Notes under the pieces: model-generated | Database searches by the model: none | What the model was told of the DNA's origin: nothing | Seen by the model: the letters and a program-made list of their open reading frames with translations, nothing else | In this document: positions 25,090-36,051 of the stretch, one piece after another | Layout of the letters: each line of letters starts with the position of its first letter | Position numbering within the stretch: position 1 is the first letter of the stretch | NCBI GenBank assembly: GCA_030295235.1 | Contig: AP026146.1 | Location: 62,001 to 126,000, forward strand | Direction: 5' to 3' | Length of the DNA stretch: 64,000 bases | Source of the DNA: Fistulifera solaris | Taxonomy: Eukaryota | Program-made: the position numbers and the translations under genes

Positions 25090-25810
25090 GCTAGCTGGGT
25101 TTTATATTCACAGCATTCTGGCTTGTATCTTTTTGTTTCCGTGTCGCAACGATTGTCTTGATTAGCTTATGATGATGATGATGATGTAGAGTTTTGATCC
25201 GAATGTGATTATTAGAAATCGAACATTAATATTTAATGGACAAGTCGTACTAGGTACCCAACGAATAGTAAAAATAGATGTTAGTGAAGAATACACAGTC
25301 GAGTTGCAGCATTTCGTTTCTAGGCGTACAACATAGCAATTGTAACAACCTACTCCGTATATGAGAACAGGTTAAGCCATTCCAAATCAAGCGAATCCAA
25401 CAACGAAAGAGACAAAACGTTGTCATGACACAACGACACGCAGCCATTTCGGCTAGATGAAACAACACAGCTAGGGATGAAAGCTCCTACTAGTCTACGT
25501 GGAGATAGATAGTACACAAAACACCTAGCACTCCGACCAAGGATAAGCCCCAACGTGCACAACATAAAATATTCAGAAAAGTCTCATTTTTGCCATTTCT
25601 TCCAAAAGGAACAAAGGCAACACACACACTTGAGCTTTCTTTGTTGTTTATGACATCAAAAAAGCCACGACGAACCATCATTTCCTATTTGTTCCGTGTC
25701 ACTCCATCAACATCCCAACGATCTTGCGTAAAATCCTCAAATTTTCTCGCACCTTGTTTTTACTAATTTCCGGCTTTTAGATTAAGAAGAATGAAAATGA
25801 TAATAATAAT

Positions 25811-26220
25811 TTACCGCAAACGACGTGCTTCACGTTCCCATTCCAACAAGCACAGAATGTCTCCCTCGCGGACGGGTCCCTTGACGTTGCGGACGATGGA
25901 ACGTCCCGTGGTACCACCACCTTCGGCATCCATGAATTCGACACGAACTTGCGTGACATTACCGGTATTACCCGTTCGTCCGAGAACGCGGTTGACTTTG
26001 GCTAATTTGACGGGTTGATCCTGTTGAAAACAAGCAAACGATAAGTTTTTAGTAATGCGGTAAGTGGTGTGAAGAAGGAACGGAACGAAGGTTGTTTTTG
26101 CAATTGCTCGCTCGTTGTAACGGTCGTGCGGGTTCTCTCTGAATCATTTTTTATTTATTTGAAGAAAAGGAACGAAAAAGAGAAAGAATAGATAAAGACG
26201 TCGAAAAGAAAACGTACCAT
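25811..26220 (-). CDS. RPS28: 40S ribosomal protein S28 (eS28); exons 26218-26220 (ATG only) and 25811-26020
   Basis: The spliced product is [70 protein letters not shown]. The intron is gtacgt...cag. The ORF track does not list this gene. Confidence 0.96.
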
Positions 26221-26567
26221 GGTTGCTTTGTTGTTGTTCAAAGGATTGTGGGCATTTTATTCGATAACACAAAACAAGGGGCGAATGGAGGAACGCCTCA
26301 AACGGATGTGCAGACAGACGAGCGGACGGCTGAACGAGGATTGGACAGAGGGACAGACAATGTCAGATATGAGTGAGTATTGCATTGGTTTTCGTTTTTC
26401 GTAATCCACCTTTGCGTACCGTTCCGACATTGTTTCATGCCGCTTTTGCGGTTGGATGAAAATAGACGCGATCATCGGAACCTATTTTTTTGGGCTTCGA
26501 AGGAACAAAAAGGCAATTGTGCATTGCCTTACTTTCATTATTAGAGCGAACGAAGCTCCCAGTTACT

Positions 26568-27386
26568 ATGAAATATGGTTTACTTCTTTGTTCCTTGTCT
26601 TGTTGGACGGAAGGATGGATGCATTCTGTTTCAAGTAGCCGAAGAAATTACGACAGCAAGTCGCTGAAGACCCTTCGACACTCCAACACTTCAAACAACG
26701 CCATTTCGACGACGACTCGTGAACCTTCCGAGAGAAAATCAAAAAAGAAAACTGAAACAAGTATCAAATCAACGACACCACTGTTTTGGTACAATGCTTC
26801 GGATCCTACCGTCTTTCATTATCACAATAATACTACCACTCTCACCGGTCTGACGTTCCGCATTCGCGGCAATCCCCTACCGTTGCAACGACACCGTCAA
26901 ACCCGACGTGGATTTGTGTACAATCCGTCCTCCATAGCCCAAACGGTCTTTCGACAAGTCCTGGAAACCCAACTGGTATCCCTACCAGAAACACCACTGT
27001 TCCAGGATAATATTCCCCTCCACATGTCTTGTCATTTCTATATGAAACGATCCTTGTCTGATTTTGTCGCCCAAACGCGTGGACGACCTTTGAAAACGGC
27101 AGCCGCCACCGTGTTGTCCACACGGACTCCCGATGTCGATAATTTGGCCAAATTTGTTTTGGATTCTTTGAATGGTTTGTTGTATGCGGACGATCAACAG
27201 ATTGTGTCCTTGTCCGTTCAGAAACTCCGAGACAATGAAGGAGAGTGTTGGGGTTACACGGATGTACATGTATCAGTTGTGAGTAATAAGGACGGGAGTT
27301 CTTTGTTGTTGATGGATGATCTAGATGCCATCCGTCATGTACAAGTATTTCCAACAAATCAACATGGGTTGCAAACTAATCAGTAA
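26568..27386 (+). CDS. RusA-like Holliday junction resolvase with a predicted bipartite (signal + transit) plastid presequence
   Basis: RusA signature PDVDNLAKFVLDSLNGLLYADDQQIV and N-terminal strand FRIRGNPLP...R. Presequence MKYGLLLCSLSCWTEG|W followed by an S/T/R-rich segment. Confidence 0.85.
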   Translation: MKYGLLLCSLSCWTEGWMHSVSSSRRNYDSKSLKTLRHSNTSNNAISTTTREPSERKSKKKTETSIKSTTPLFWYNASDPTVFHYHNNTTTLTGLTFRIRGNPLPLQRHRQTRRGFVYNPSSIAQTVFRQVLETQLVSLPETPLFQDNIPLHMSCHFYMKRSLSDFVAQTRGRPLKTAAATVLSTRTPDVDNLAKFVLDSLNGLLYADDQQIVSLSVQKLRDNEGECWGYTDVHVSVVSNKDGSSLLLMDDLDAIRHVQVFPTNQHGLQTNQ

Positions 27387-27784
27387 CACATGTCTAGAAT
27401 TCTGCTCTTTTGTATTCATTATTCATGTGCTACGGTGTCGATTTCTTTTGAATAGTAACGTTCGAGCGGCGTCAAGGCCGAGCGTGAAGCAACTATATTA
27501 TAGCGTTAGCGAACGCTCCTCCAAGATGCGCCTTGACGTGAAGCGTCAACGGAAAAACCAAAATGTCATCACAATTGTATACTGCACTCTACTCCACGCG
27601 AGTCAGACAGCAAGACGTTTTCCCTCCTTTTTTTCGTTTCCTCGCAAACACGGCACCCTCGCGTCCCTTGTTGTCATTCTTCATCAACTTTTCTCCCCTT
27701 TATATCAAACCGCTCTCTTTCTTTCAACACAACACAAACGAACAGCTCATAAATAAATAAATAAACACAAAGCACAATATAGGT

Positions 27785-28446
27785 ATGAACACAGCACAAT
27801 CATCACTGTTGTTACCGGCCGCCGGACAAGACGGATCGTCCTTTCGGGCTTCCTTTTCCGCCGAAGAAACGTTGATACAGGTGATTCCCGATTTCACGGC
27901 CTCTCCCACATTCATGGCGGGTGTTCCGGCTACAGTTCCTCTGTGGCAAGCAGAATTGTTGCAAACACGTTCGTTGGGTCGCATTGTCTTGCCGGAATGG
28001 TTATCCGTTGATAAATTGCGTCCGATTTTGCAACAAGAAAAGACCCAGCCTTTATTAACGACATCCTTGCCTTTTTATTACTACGAAATTACACGGAAAC
28101 TCACCAATCGACCTCGACATGACGACACAAATCCCGATGTTTTGCGTTTGTTGGTGGAAGACATTTTTCAAGTGCGGGTCGAGAAATTGCGACAACAATT
28201 TCCGGCCTATCTCGCATTAATGGAAGATCAAGAAATCCCCAAAGTCGATGTTCCCGGAATTGCCAGTGCGGAACTGGCACTTTTGGGACCCTTTTATTGC
28301 AAGCACTCGGAGATCGGGCGTTGTTGTTGCATCAAAAGGAAACGACCACGACGACGAAGAAGAATGATTCTGTAGAGGAGGGTGGGGAAAGTATCGTCGG
28401 TGAACCCATTCGACCCAAAGTTCCTCTGCGACGCTTTCGGCGTTAG
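27785..28446 (+). CDS. PSF2: GINS complex subunit Psf2; frameshift near 28293
   Basis: FSAEETLIQVIPDF, AGVPATVPLWQA, IVLPEWLSVDKL, LPFYYYEI and LVEDIFQVRVEKL. Restoring one T gives a C-terminus ...PLRRFRR* with the stop at 28446. Confidence 0.88.
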
Positions 28447-28478
28447 TCGTATCAGTTGTGGTCGTGTTCGAATGCAAT

Positions 28479-28716
28479 GGAAGTGACTCTATTGGGGACT
28501 TGGTTGATCGATCGACGATTTAGGAGTAGGTGCGATTCCGGATAAAAGACGCGATCTCATTCTGTCGCAGCCCCCTGTTCGGGGGCGGTAGTTAGTGCAA
28601 AACGAAGTTCTAATGAATAATAGTGGTCAAAAACACGAGATAACGACTTGCAGGCATAGTAGGCATACTAGGGGCGACCTCTCCTTCACTGTTTTCCGTC
28701 CTCCGAAGTCACTTTT
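28479..28716 (+). ncRNA. Candidate structured RNA or structured 3' UTR (unidentified)
   Basis: Nested long-range complementarities: 28479-28488 with 28707-28716, 28494-28499 with 28698-28703, and 28522-28531 with 28677-28685. Internal GCCCCC/GGGGGC hairpin. Ends in TTTT. Confidence 0.3.
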
Positions 28717-29012
28717 CAATCGGTAAATCATCATCGAAGAAAAAAAGGGCCTTTACGGATGAGTCACGTGACGTTGAGTGAGAGTTTGAGACCGAACTTG
28801 TGTGCGTTCCTTTACAGCGACCGGAGATACGCGATTTACGAAATAGATGAAAAATGTACACACTCGTCGTTATAAATTACGTAAGGAGGAGAAAGGTCAC
28901 TTTCTCCTTTCGTGACAGGACTCGCCATCGTCGCAAAATAAGAAGAACAATAACCAAGAGAGAAAAAAAGAACAAATTGGTTTTTTCCTTGAGCTCGATC
29001 GACAGTTGCTGA

Positions 29013-29426
29013 TCAGCTCGCCTTTTTGTTGAAATCCAAAATCGTTCTTGCTTCACGAATGCGCTCCAAGTCTCCACTGGCCTGTGCCGCTTCCAGTTCT
29101 TCCTCGGCGGCCATATCCAACATTCTCGTCGTTGCATACTGATCCAAAAAGGCGATATTGTTCGGAAGGTTGTATGGCTTTCCCAGACATCCTTGACACT
29201 TGTTATTCCATTGAAGACGCGGGTAGAGCAGTGTCGGAAAGGGCCTTCTTCGTGTGTCAAAACAGTCGTTACTGAGATAGTCTGTCATTGGGCTGCTGTT
29301 TTCGTCGGCGCTGCAGTTCTTGCACATGAAGGAATGTTCGTCGGCAGAAGGATGATACGTATGACGAGGGTCTTGTTGCTGTTGATGATGAGATGGATCG
29401 CTGTAAATATGTCGTTTCTCAATCAT
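29013..29426 (-). CDS. Hypothetical protein, 137 aa
   Basis: ATG-initiated ORF in an aatcATG context, with His/Gln-rich N-terminus, two CxxC pairs and a helical acidic C-terminus. No recognised family. Confidence 0.5.
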   Translation of the reverse strand: MIEKRHIYSDPSHHQQQQDPRHTYHPSADEHSFMCKNCSADENSSPMTDYLSNDCFDTRRRPFPTLLYPRLQWNNKCQGCLGKPYNLPNNIAFLDQYATTRMLDMAAEEELEAAQASGDLERIREARTILDFNKKAS

Positions 29427-30225
29427 GATTTGAAGAAAATAATGAACGTTTGTGTTAAGATGATCACTTCATTGAATGTGGTGATTTAGAAGAGTATTTA
29501 TGAGACTTTTTGACAGGTCAGTTTTTCGCTTCATTGATTTGTTTGAACGGAACGAAAAAGTATCGTGTCTGGGATGTTACACAAAAACGCAAGACTGCTC
29601 TCTGGCACTGTGTACCATAATTATTATTTCGTGCAACTTGCGAACCCACGTGGTGGGCATCACGAATCGTGAAATTCGAATTTAAAACGACAGTGGCGTT
29701 AAGTGTAGACAAGGCTCGACAGGCGCGAAGCCAATTCCGTCTTAGAAAGCGTATCACGCGTTTTTGGAAAAAGAGACGAAAAAGGAAGGATCCCGTGTCT
29801 CACTTTGGGAGAGCTCTTTTCTTCTCGTTCTTTTGTTCGGTCCTGTGCTCGCTCGAAGTCGATAGTACTAAGTATCAAGTATTTTATGAAACAGAATGTT
29901 CGACGACGACTCGTGACCTGACGAAAGCGATCCGGGATATAACGGTTTTGCTTCGTTGACCTTCTTCGAACATGCCTCTTGTCTCTAAATTACTTTGTAT
30001 TTCGAAGATGCAGATGGCCGAAAAGTTTGCACTGTCAAGTGCACGTCTCCAAGGTATTCTCCGCCTACGGAGTTGTGCGTCTTATACTCCATAGATATTT
30101 CAGCATTTCGAACCATCTGTTACTTGAAACTTACGGACAACGCCATGGCAATCCGTGGTCTCGTTTGATTCCATAAACTTTAACCTTTACATAATTTTTA
30201 CGCTTATTTATGGTCAGACACCAAA

Positions 30226-33200
30226 TTAGCTGGATCGAATGTTATTCAGCATGTTCAATGCTTCATCTCCGACCTGGCTCCAAAGAACAACGGAGTGGTC
30301 CAAAAATTCATTACAGCTTGCTATAGTCGACCACATCTCAAGAAAAAGTAGCTTTCTTTCGGCGGTGTCCAAGTCCGACTGAACCTCATGCGTTGCATAG
30401 TACTGTCCATAGAAGCCGAGAGCAGCCTGTTTCGTTTCATCGGATACCTTCAACTTTGTCTCAGATAATACACTTCTGACATTCGTGCTCAAGGTAGCTG
30501 CTGTCGTCAGGGTCACCCAAAACGAGTTTTGAAGACCAGAGTTGGCGTTGCCTGCAGCTGAAACCATGTTAGAAGCAAGCCGTCCGATAACCACTTTCTG
30601 TTCGGGAACACGGCTGAGCATTTGCGCATACGCTGTCAAGAAGGTGCGCTGCGCTATCTCCGAAACCTTCACGACGGCGTCTTTGATCAATGCATCCTTC
30701 GCAGCAAGATCCTTTCCGTACGGACCATGCGACGCCATGAACGCTTCTCTGCCTGTAGTCGACATCTGCATGGCAAGGGAACTCATTGCAAGTACATGCT
30801 GTCTTAAATGTTGTATCAATACAGATGGCATTTGTTCGAGCTGCAACTTTGCGACCTCCTTAGCTGTGTTACAAAGAGATGAAAGTAAAATGAGCAAATG
30901 CAGATGTTCGGGGAAGAGCGTCATCGGTGCGGGGTAGAGTCCGTGAGATGCAAGCACGGCTTCTCTTGCACTATCGGACCACTGATTTGGTGAGTAAACG
31001 ATCCGCAGTAACGGTTCAACGTTTATTGTTACTGGTGAAACAACCAATGACTTGAAATGAGCTCCATGAGAGATCTGAAACGCCTCCTTTGTTTCGTTAG
31101 ACACTTTCAAGGGCACACGAAGTTCGTTGAGCATCCGACATAGAGTCGATTGGATTACAGTGTGATCAGGCAGCAAGTTTGTGATATTGGCTCGATAAGT
31201 CGATAAGACCAATGGTTTCGACAGTACCCCATGCGACGTAATAAAAGCATCCTTGGCGGTCTCAGACAAAATCAAAGGTTTTGTCATTGCCGAAAGTAGT
31301 TGCTTCATTCTCGTTTGCAGTGGCGTGGAGGCAGTCTCTTGGTAGAACGCCCACGATCCATAATGTAATCCAAATGGGCCAAGGGCAGCCTGCTCAATAT
31401 CTTTCAAAGTTGTCATTTTCATATCAAGCGAAAAATGTTTACTATTCACCTTCAACGGCGTTGACACGAGCCTTCTCGCTTCCAAAATGAGGCCATGGAG
31501 TTGAAGAAGAACTGATTTAGATAGATCAGATACTTTTCGTTGCGCTCGATTGTTTACTGCAAGAGAACTGTCTGCACTCGTCGAGTTTTGCAAAACTGAG
31601 CTCGCAAATAGTTCGACAACCGAAGTCTGTTTGACAATACATGATTCACTCGGCTCTTTAATTTCCACTAGCGTAGCTTTGAAGATGACCGGCAGACCTG
31701 TGTCAATAAAGCTGGTGCCATCAAAGCCAAAGATGGGTGCATCCTTAGCAACGTTCGTCACGTTGAGATGTTCACTTTCGACTGACTCAGATATGAACAG
31801 ACCCTGGAAGATCGAGCTGGCGACACCAGTCTCCGAGTCGGTACAGAAATTGTCGAAATTAAAGCGGCTCGGCTGCTCGGCAAGATTAGACACATTGGAT
31901 AGTTCGCTTTCCTCTGGGGCGGAGTCGAGCACGCTTTCTTCTATGAGGCTGCTAGTATCGCATTTCAACGAGATTGATACAGTCTCAGTGCTCTCCAATG
32001 CGGATGGCTTTGTATGTCCCCCAAGGAACTCGGCACTTTGCCAAGGCCAGGAACGGTGAAGCAATAGAACCCCTCCGCATAGTAGGAAGATAGACGCTTT
32101 TCCAATGAATGTCCCTTTTCGTGACGCAGTGATCTCTGATAAATTGTCAAGCGGCTGCCGGGCAGAAATTGAGCTAAGTGTTAGATCAATGTGAGCCTCA
32201 TCATCATCAGCGGCACTGGTGTCGTCGAAAGTAAGCGTGTCAAGTTGTAGGATGCCGGGTATATCATCGTCTTCTTCTTGAAGCTTTGGTACGTCATTGA
32301 CAGAACAAGAGGACTCGTCATGTTCATCATGTTTCACGCTTCCTTGATCATACAAATCCTTTGTATCGGGTTTGACTTCGCCCTGTTGATCTTCTTCACG
32401 ATCCTCGGTGCGGTAACTGACATCGGAGTCGTCTGACTCTTGATCGACGAGCAATTCTTCAAGAGAATGTGCAGCGGAATCGCATTGTAAGATTTCTTCG
32501 TCAGTCACAACAGCTGGATCTTCTTCAACGATAAAATTGACTGGAGACGGAAAATGAGAAGGTTCTTCGGATGCTCCTTCGCTTGCCTCGTTGACACCAG
32601 ATGTATCTAGCTTGGTTTCGGACTTTGTCTGGATTATTTCTACCGACAGCGGAGCTTCCACGAAGCTGGCTTCGTTCACCAGAAAAATTGCTTGACTAGT
32701 TGTTGCGCCGTCACGTTCGTCATCGAGTACGGAAGCATGTATCTCAAACTCATCGAGAACGTGTCCATCCAACGCGACTTCGTTACAATTCTGGTCAATC
32801 ACACTCCTTTCAGGTTCACCGGCCTCTTCGAAGTTACCTCCTTCGTGTAAATGCAATTCGATGGGTCCACTGGTATCTCTGCTATCACTCTGGTCAGCAA
32901 CTTCGTCTCTACCATCAACGTTGTATTCTTCTTCATCTGTCAGTCGCACGCGGGATAGCATGTCGACCTTCTCGTCGATTTCTTGGTCGGAGGCATCCTG
33001 AGTCGTTTCAGCGGTTACATCTGCGTCGACCCGCTTCTGTGCGGACTCGAGAGAGACCTCACAAATGGGGACTTCTGCTTTAACCGAATGATCTTCTTCG
33101 ATAATTTCCGTTGCATGACCTGGCACGTTGTCACCATCTGGAAGCTCGACAATGTTCGACACTTCATTGCATGCCAGCTGATTCTCCGAAGTTTCATCGA

Positions 33201-34203
33201 CAACCAAATTCATTTCTCCGAAATTGACTTGATTGCAATCAAATACGTCTGCTTTCTTGTTTTGTTTCTCTTCGGCCACTGCATCCATATCTTCGCAAGC
33301 TAGTTCGTCGCAAGCAAACACTGCTACGATTGCATCCCAGTCGTCGACAGTCACTTCATCGCCAACAAATAGCTTCACTTCCATGGTCTGTCTCTCTTCG
33401 ACATTAATATCATTCCAATCCTCGACAGTCACTTCCTCACAAGCTAGATCTTCAGCCATTGACTCCTCGGCAGAAACTTCGTGACGAGCCGGTGCCTCCG
33501 CAAAGGATACATCTTCCTTGTCCACTACTACCACTACTGGAGCTTCTTCGACCGTATTTGGTGCTGCGGCACCCGACGATACTGAAACTTCAGTTGTTGG
33601 GTCCTCTTCGACTACAGTGAATGCATTAGCTTCTTCGACAAGGCCCGCGTCGTCCCGCGGTTCCTGACTCGAGGTGCTACTTTCGACAACACGCGCTGTG
33701 ACCTGAAACACCAGCTCTTGCATACCGTAGGCCGAAGGAGTATCTTGCGTTATGCCGGCATCGCTTATTGATGAATTCTGGTGTGTTTCCTCATAAGATT
33801 CATCGCAATCGGAACATTCATTTTCCGATGCGTCTTCGCAATCATCGCTCATATTGTCAAACAAGCTGACGCACACGTCTCTTTTGGTTTCGTCGTGATG
33901 ATCATTCTCAAAAGGATCTAGTATCTTGCCGTCTCTCTTTCTTCGACCCGGCGATTTTGATTTCTTTCTAGGCGACGACCGTGACTTGTTCTTCCATCCC
34001 CACAAGGATGCCACGGATTGAAAGAGAACAACTCCAATATTCTGACTCTTTGTCATAGAAGTAGTGTTCGGACGATAATAATAATAGTAGTAAAAGGAAG
34101 CCACACTGGTGAATGTCAAAGTGCCCATGCTGGATACAATGGTGCGCAACAGAGACGAGGAGGGCGTGACAATCGCGTCTTGTCGTGTATTGGTTTCCGT
34201 CAT
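30226..34203 (-). CDS. Large (1325 aa) acidic membrane-associated hypothetical protein with two kinds of internal repeat
   Basis: Uninterrupted 3.98-kb ORF. Hydrophobic N-terminal segments and an internal ASIFLLCGGVLLL segment. Acidic repeats of about 20 aa and C-terminal EAFxxSHG repeats. Confidence 0.85.
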   Translation of the reverse strand: MTETNTRQDAIVTPSSSLLRTIVSSMGTLTFTSVASFYYYYYYRPNTTSMTKSQNIGVVLFQSVASLWGWKNKSRSSPRKKSKSPGRRKRDGKILDPFENDHHDETKRDVCVSLFDNMSDDCEDASENECSDCDESYEETHQNSSISDAGITQDTPSAYGMQELVFQVTARVVESSTSSQEPRDDAGLVEEANAFTVVEEDPTTEVSVSSGAAAPNTVEEAPVVVVVDKEDVSFAEAPARHEVSAEESMAEDLACEEVTVEDWNDINVEERQTMEVKLFVGDEVTVDDWDAIVAVFACDELACEDMDAVAEEKQNKKADVFDCNQVNFGEMNLVVDETSENQLACNEVSNIVELPDGDNVPGHATEIIEEDHSVKAEVPICEVSLESAQKRVDADVTAETTQDASDQEIDEKVDMLSRVRLTDEEEYNVDGRDEVADQSDSRDTSGPIELHLHEGGNFEEAGEPERSVIDQNCNEVALDGHVLDEFEIHASVLDDERDGATTSQAIFLVNEASFVEAPLSVEIIQTKSETKLDTSGVNEASEGASEEPSHFPSPVNFIVEEDPAVVTDEEILQCDSAAHSLEELLVDQESDDSDVSYRTEDREEDQQGEVKPDTKDLYDQGSVKHDEHDESSCSVNDVPKLQEEDDDIPGILQLDTLTFDDTSAADDDEAHIDLTLSSISARQPLDNLSEITASRKGTFIGKASIFLLCGGVLLLHRSWPWQSAEFLGGHTKPSALESTETVSISLKCDTSSLIEESVLDSAPEESELSNVSNLAEQPSRFNFDNFCTDSETGVASSIFQGLFISESVESEHLNVTNVAKDAPIFGFDGTSFIDTGLPVIFKATLVEIKEPSESCIVKQTSVVELFASSVLQNSTSADSSLAVNNRAQRKVSDLSKSVLLQLHGLILEARRLVSTPLKVNSKHFSLDMKMTTLKDIEQAALGPFGLHYGSWAFYQETASTPLQTRMKQLLSAMTKPLILSETAKDAFITSHGVLSKPLVLSTYRANITNLLPDHTVIQSTLCRMLNELRVPLKVSNETKEAFQISHGAHFKSLVVSPVTINVEPLLRIVYSPNQWSDSAREAVLASHGLYPAPMTLFPEHLHLLILLSSLCNTAKEVAKLQLEQMPSVLIQHLRQHVLAMSSLAMQMSTTGREAFMASHGPYGKDLAAKDALIKDAVVKVSEIAQRTFLTAYAQMLSRVPEQKVVIGRLASNMVSAAGNANSGLQNSFWVTLTTAATLSTNVRSVLSETKLKVSDETKQAALGFYGQYYATHEVQSDLDTAERKLLFLEMWSTIASCNEFLDHSVVLWSQVGDEALNMLNNIRSS

Positions 34204-36051
34204 CGTTTGTAAAGCTTATTCAACAAAGAATGAAAGAGGGAGGGAAGGAGAAGCTCTTTGATTTGAAACGAAGGAATGCACTTGAGTAGTTTGTTGTTGG
34301 GTATCAAATTCAAACAGTTGCTCTGCCGTACGAAAAAGGCTTCCGTTATCTGAAAAAGAGCGCCGGCGCTCGTTTCAGCTAAATGTATTCGTTTATTTAG
34401 ACCATTCCGCGTTACACAACTTAGGTAATTACAACTGTCATGTCGTAATTTGAAAATATGGTGACACTAGTTAAGTAATTAGAAAACTTGGTATGAATCT
34501 TCGACAGTTGAGTAAGTGTTGGGTCATTTCGCGTCCTTGCGTCGATCGATCGAATCAAGTCCCTTATCCCTATCTGGAATGTATCCTAGGCCGATCGACT
34601 TGGGATCAAAGAGACACCTCATCAGCGACACGAAGAAAACATGACCCTTTCTTGTCAGATGTTATCAATCATGGAAAACACCGGTTAACCTATTGTTCAA
34701 TTCTCTTGTTTGTGGGCATTAAGGCAAGAAATAAAGTACTCGAAGTGCACTTGGAGCGCGAATCAAGCCTTCCGTCTCAAAGAGAATGCTTAGAAGACAA
34801 AAGGGGGTCTTGTATGATTGATTTCCAATAGACGGATGGCATCTCTGTTGGCAATTTTAATAATGAGCGGCCTGGCGTTGACAGTGCATATTAATGGTTG
34901 CCATGCGCAAGAGGCCAAATAGACGTGATCGTAGGGACACCTACGGCAGTGTCTCATCATTGGGTGCAAAGCGTGTCGTGTCGGATTGTCCGTGTTAAAT
35001 AATGTAATTGTAAAACATCATATCTTTAGCTGTGTGAAGTTCGAAACGACATAACGGCTTTGAGCCTTGTGGGCTTGTGGGGAGCTTTACGCTTTATAGG
35101 CGGCTTAACTAAATTCTCTGGGAAGCAGCGATAAATGCAAACAGCAAACAAGGAATCAAGGAATGTGATCAATTGAGGAATCATCTCTATGGTAAACTTC
35201 GTCGTCATGTTCGAGAACTTGTTGTTACTTATTGCTTCCGTTGGACGAGCCCCATAAATGTGACGACATCTTAGTTTTGGGACATGTGCTACCAAAGGTC
35301 GTCATTATTTGTCGGTCGAATGATTCAAAATTGAAATAATTACTGTTATTCCGGTGTTTTCATGTAATAGTTCGGAATAGATGAAAACAATCATCCATTT
35401 TCAATAGATGCAGCTTCAAATTTCTCCAATTTTTCCTTTTTCAGACTTATTAGTCCATTGAGAGCAACGCGAGTAAATGAAACTTCTCGATGCCCTAACA
35501 TATCCGTTTTCCACGACGTCCCGCGTCCCGGACATACGGCATAAGTAGTGAGTCATTTTCATATATATTGTGATATAATTTTCAGTTTTCAGTATTCAGT
35601 ACCTCGATATCAACGGTGTCTCAACAGAAAATACTTGACTGTAACGGTTTATGAAGAGAGACAGACAACGTGTATTTATGCCTTGAGGATTTCCCTTGTA
35701 GCATTACCATTAAGGTACGTTTACGTTTTACGTTCGCTCCCGGTTAGCGGTTAGCTGGTTAGCGTTAGCGATACCGTCTTACTTAACATTAATGTACCTC
35801 CTACCTGGTATGGGCGACTCCCATCGCGTTTTCCTTTTGACTGTAGACTGTAGCATGAGAGAGTGTGTGTTATGTGTTCCCGTACGACCTTAAGAGCAGC
35901 AATTTTCGGCGGCCCTATGGTCACACATCGTACATTATGGGAGAGAGTGCTTCAGATTAACACCATGGAGAAAATCAAACATGACATCAAACGCTTGTGC
36001 TAAAACCCTTCCGCGTAGTGCGATTGTCACACAAAAAAGAGCCGATTGACC

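Noticed and set aside
28479..28716. Telomerase RNA, SRP RNA or RNase P/MRP identity for the structured region
   Set aside because: There is no CCCTAA-type template and no SRP helix-8 CAGG-GNRA-AGCA motif. The AAGTCCCC and GGGGCT words on the minus strand are in the wrong order for the MRP P4 helix.
34493..35754. Short ORFs in the 34.4-35.8 kb intergenic region as possible TE remnants
   Set aside because: I could not identify terminal repeats, a poly(A) tail or any transposase/RT motifs.
35741..35770. (G)GTTAGC x4 resembling an interstitial telomere repeat
   Set aside because: Too short and not TTAGGG; treated as an ordinary simple repeat.
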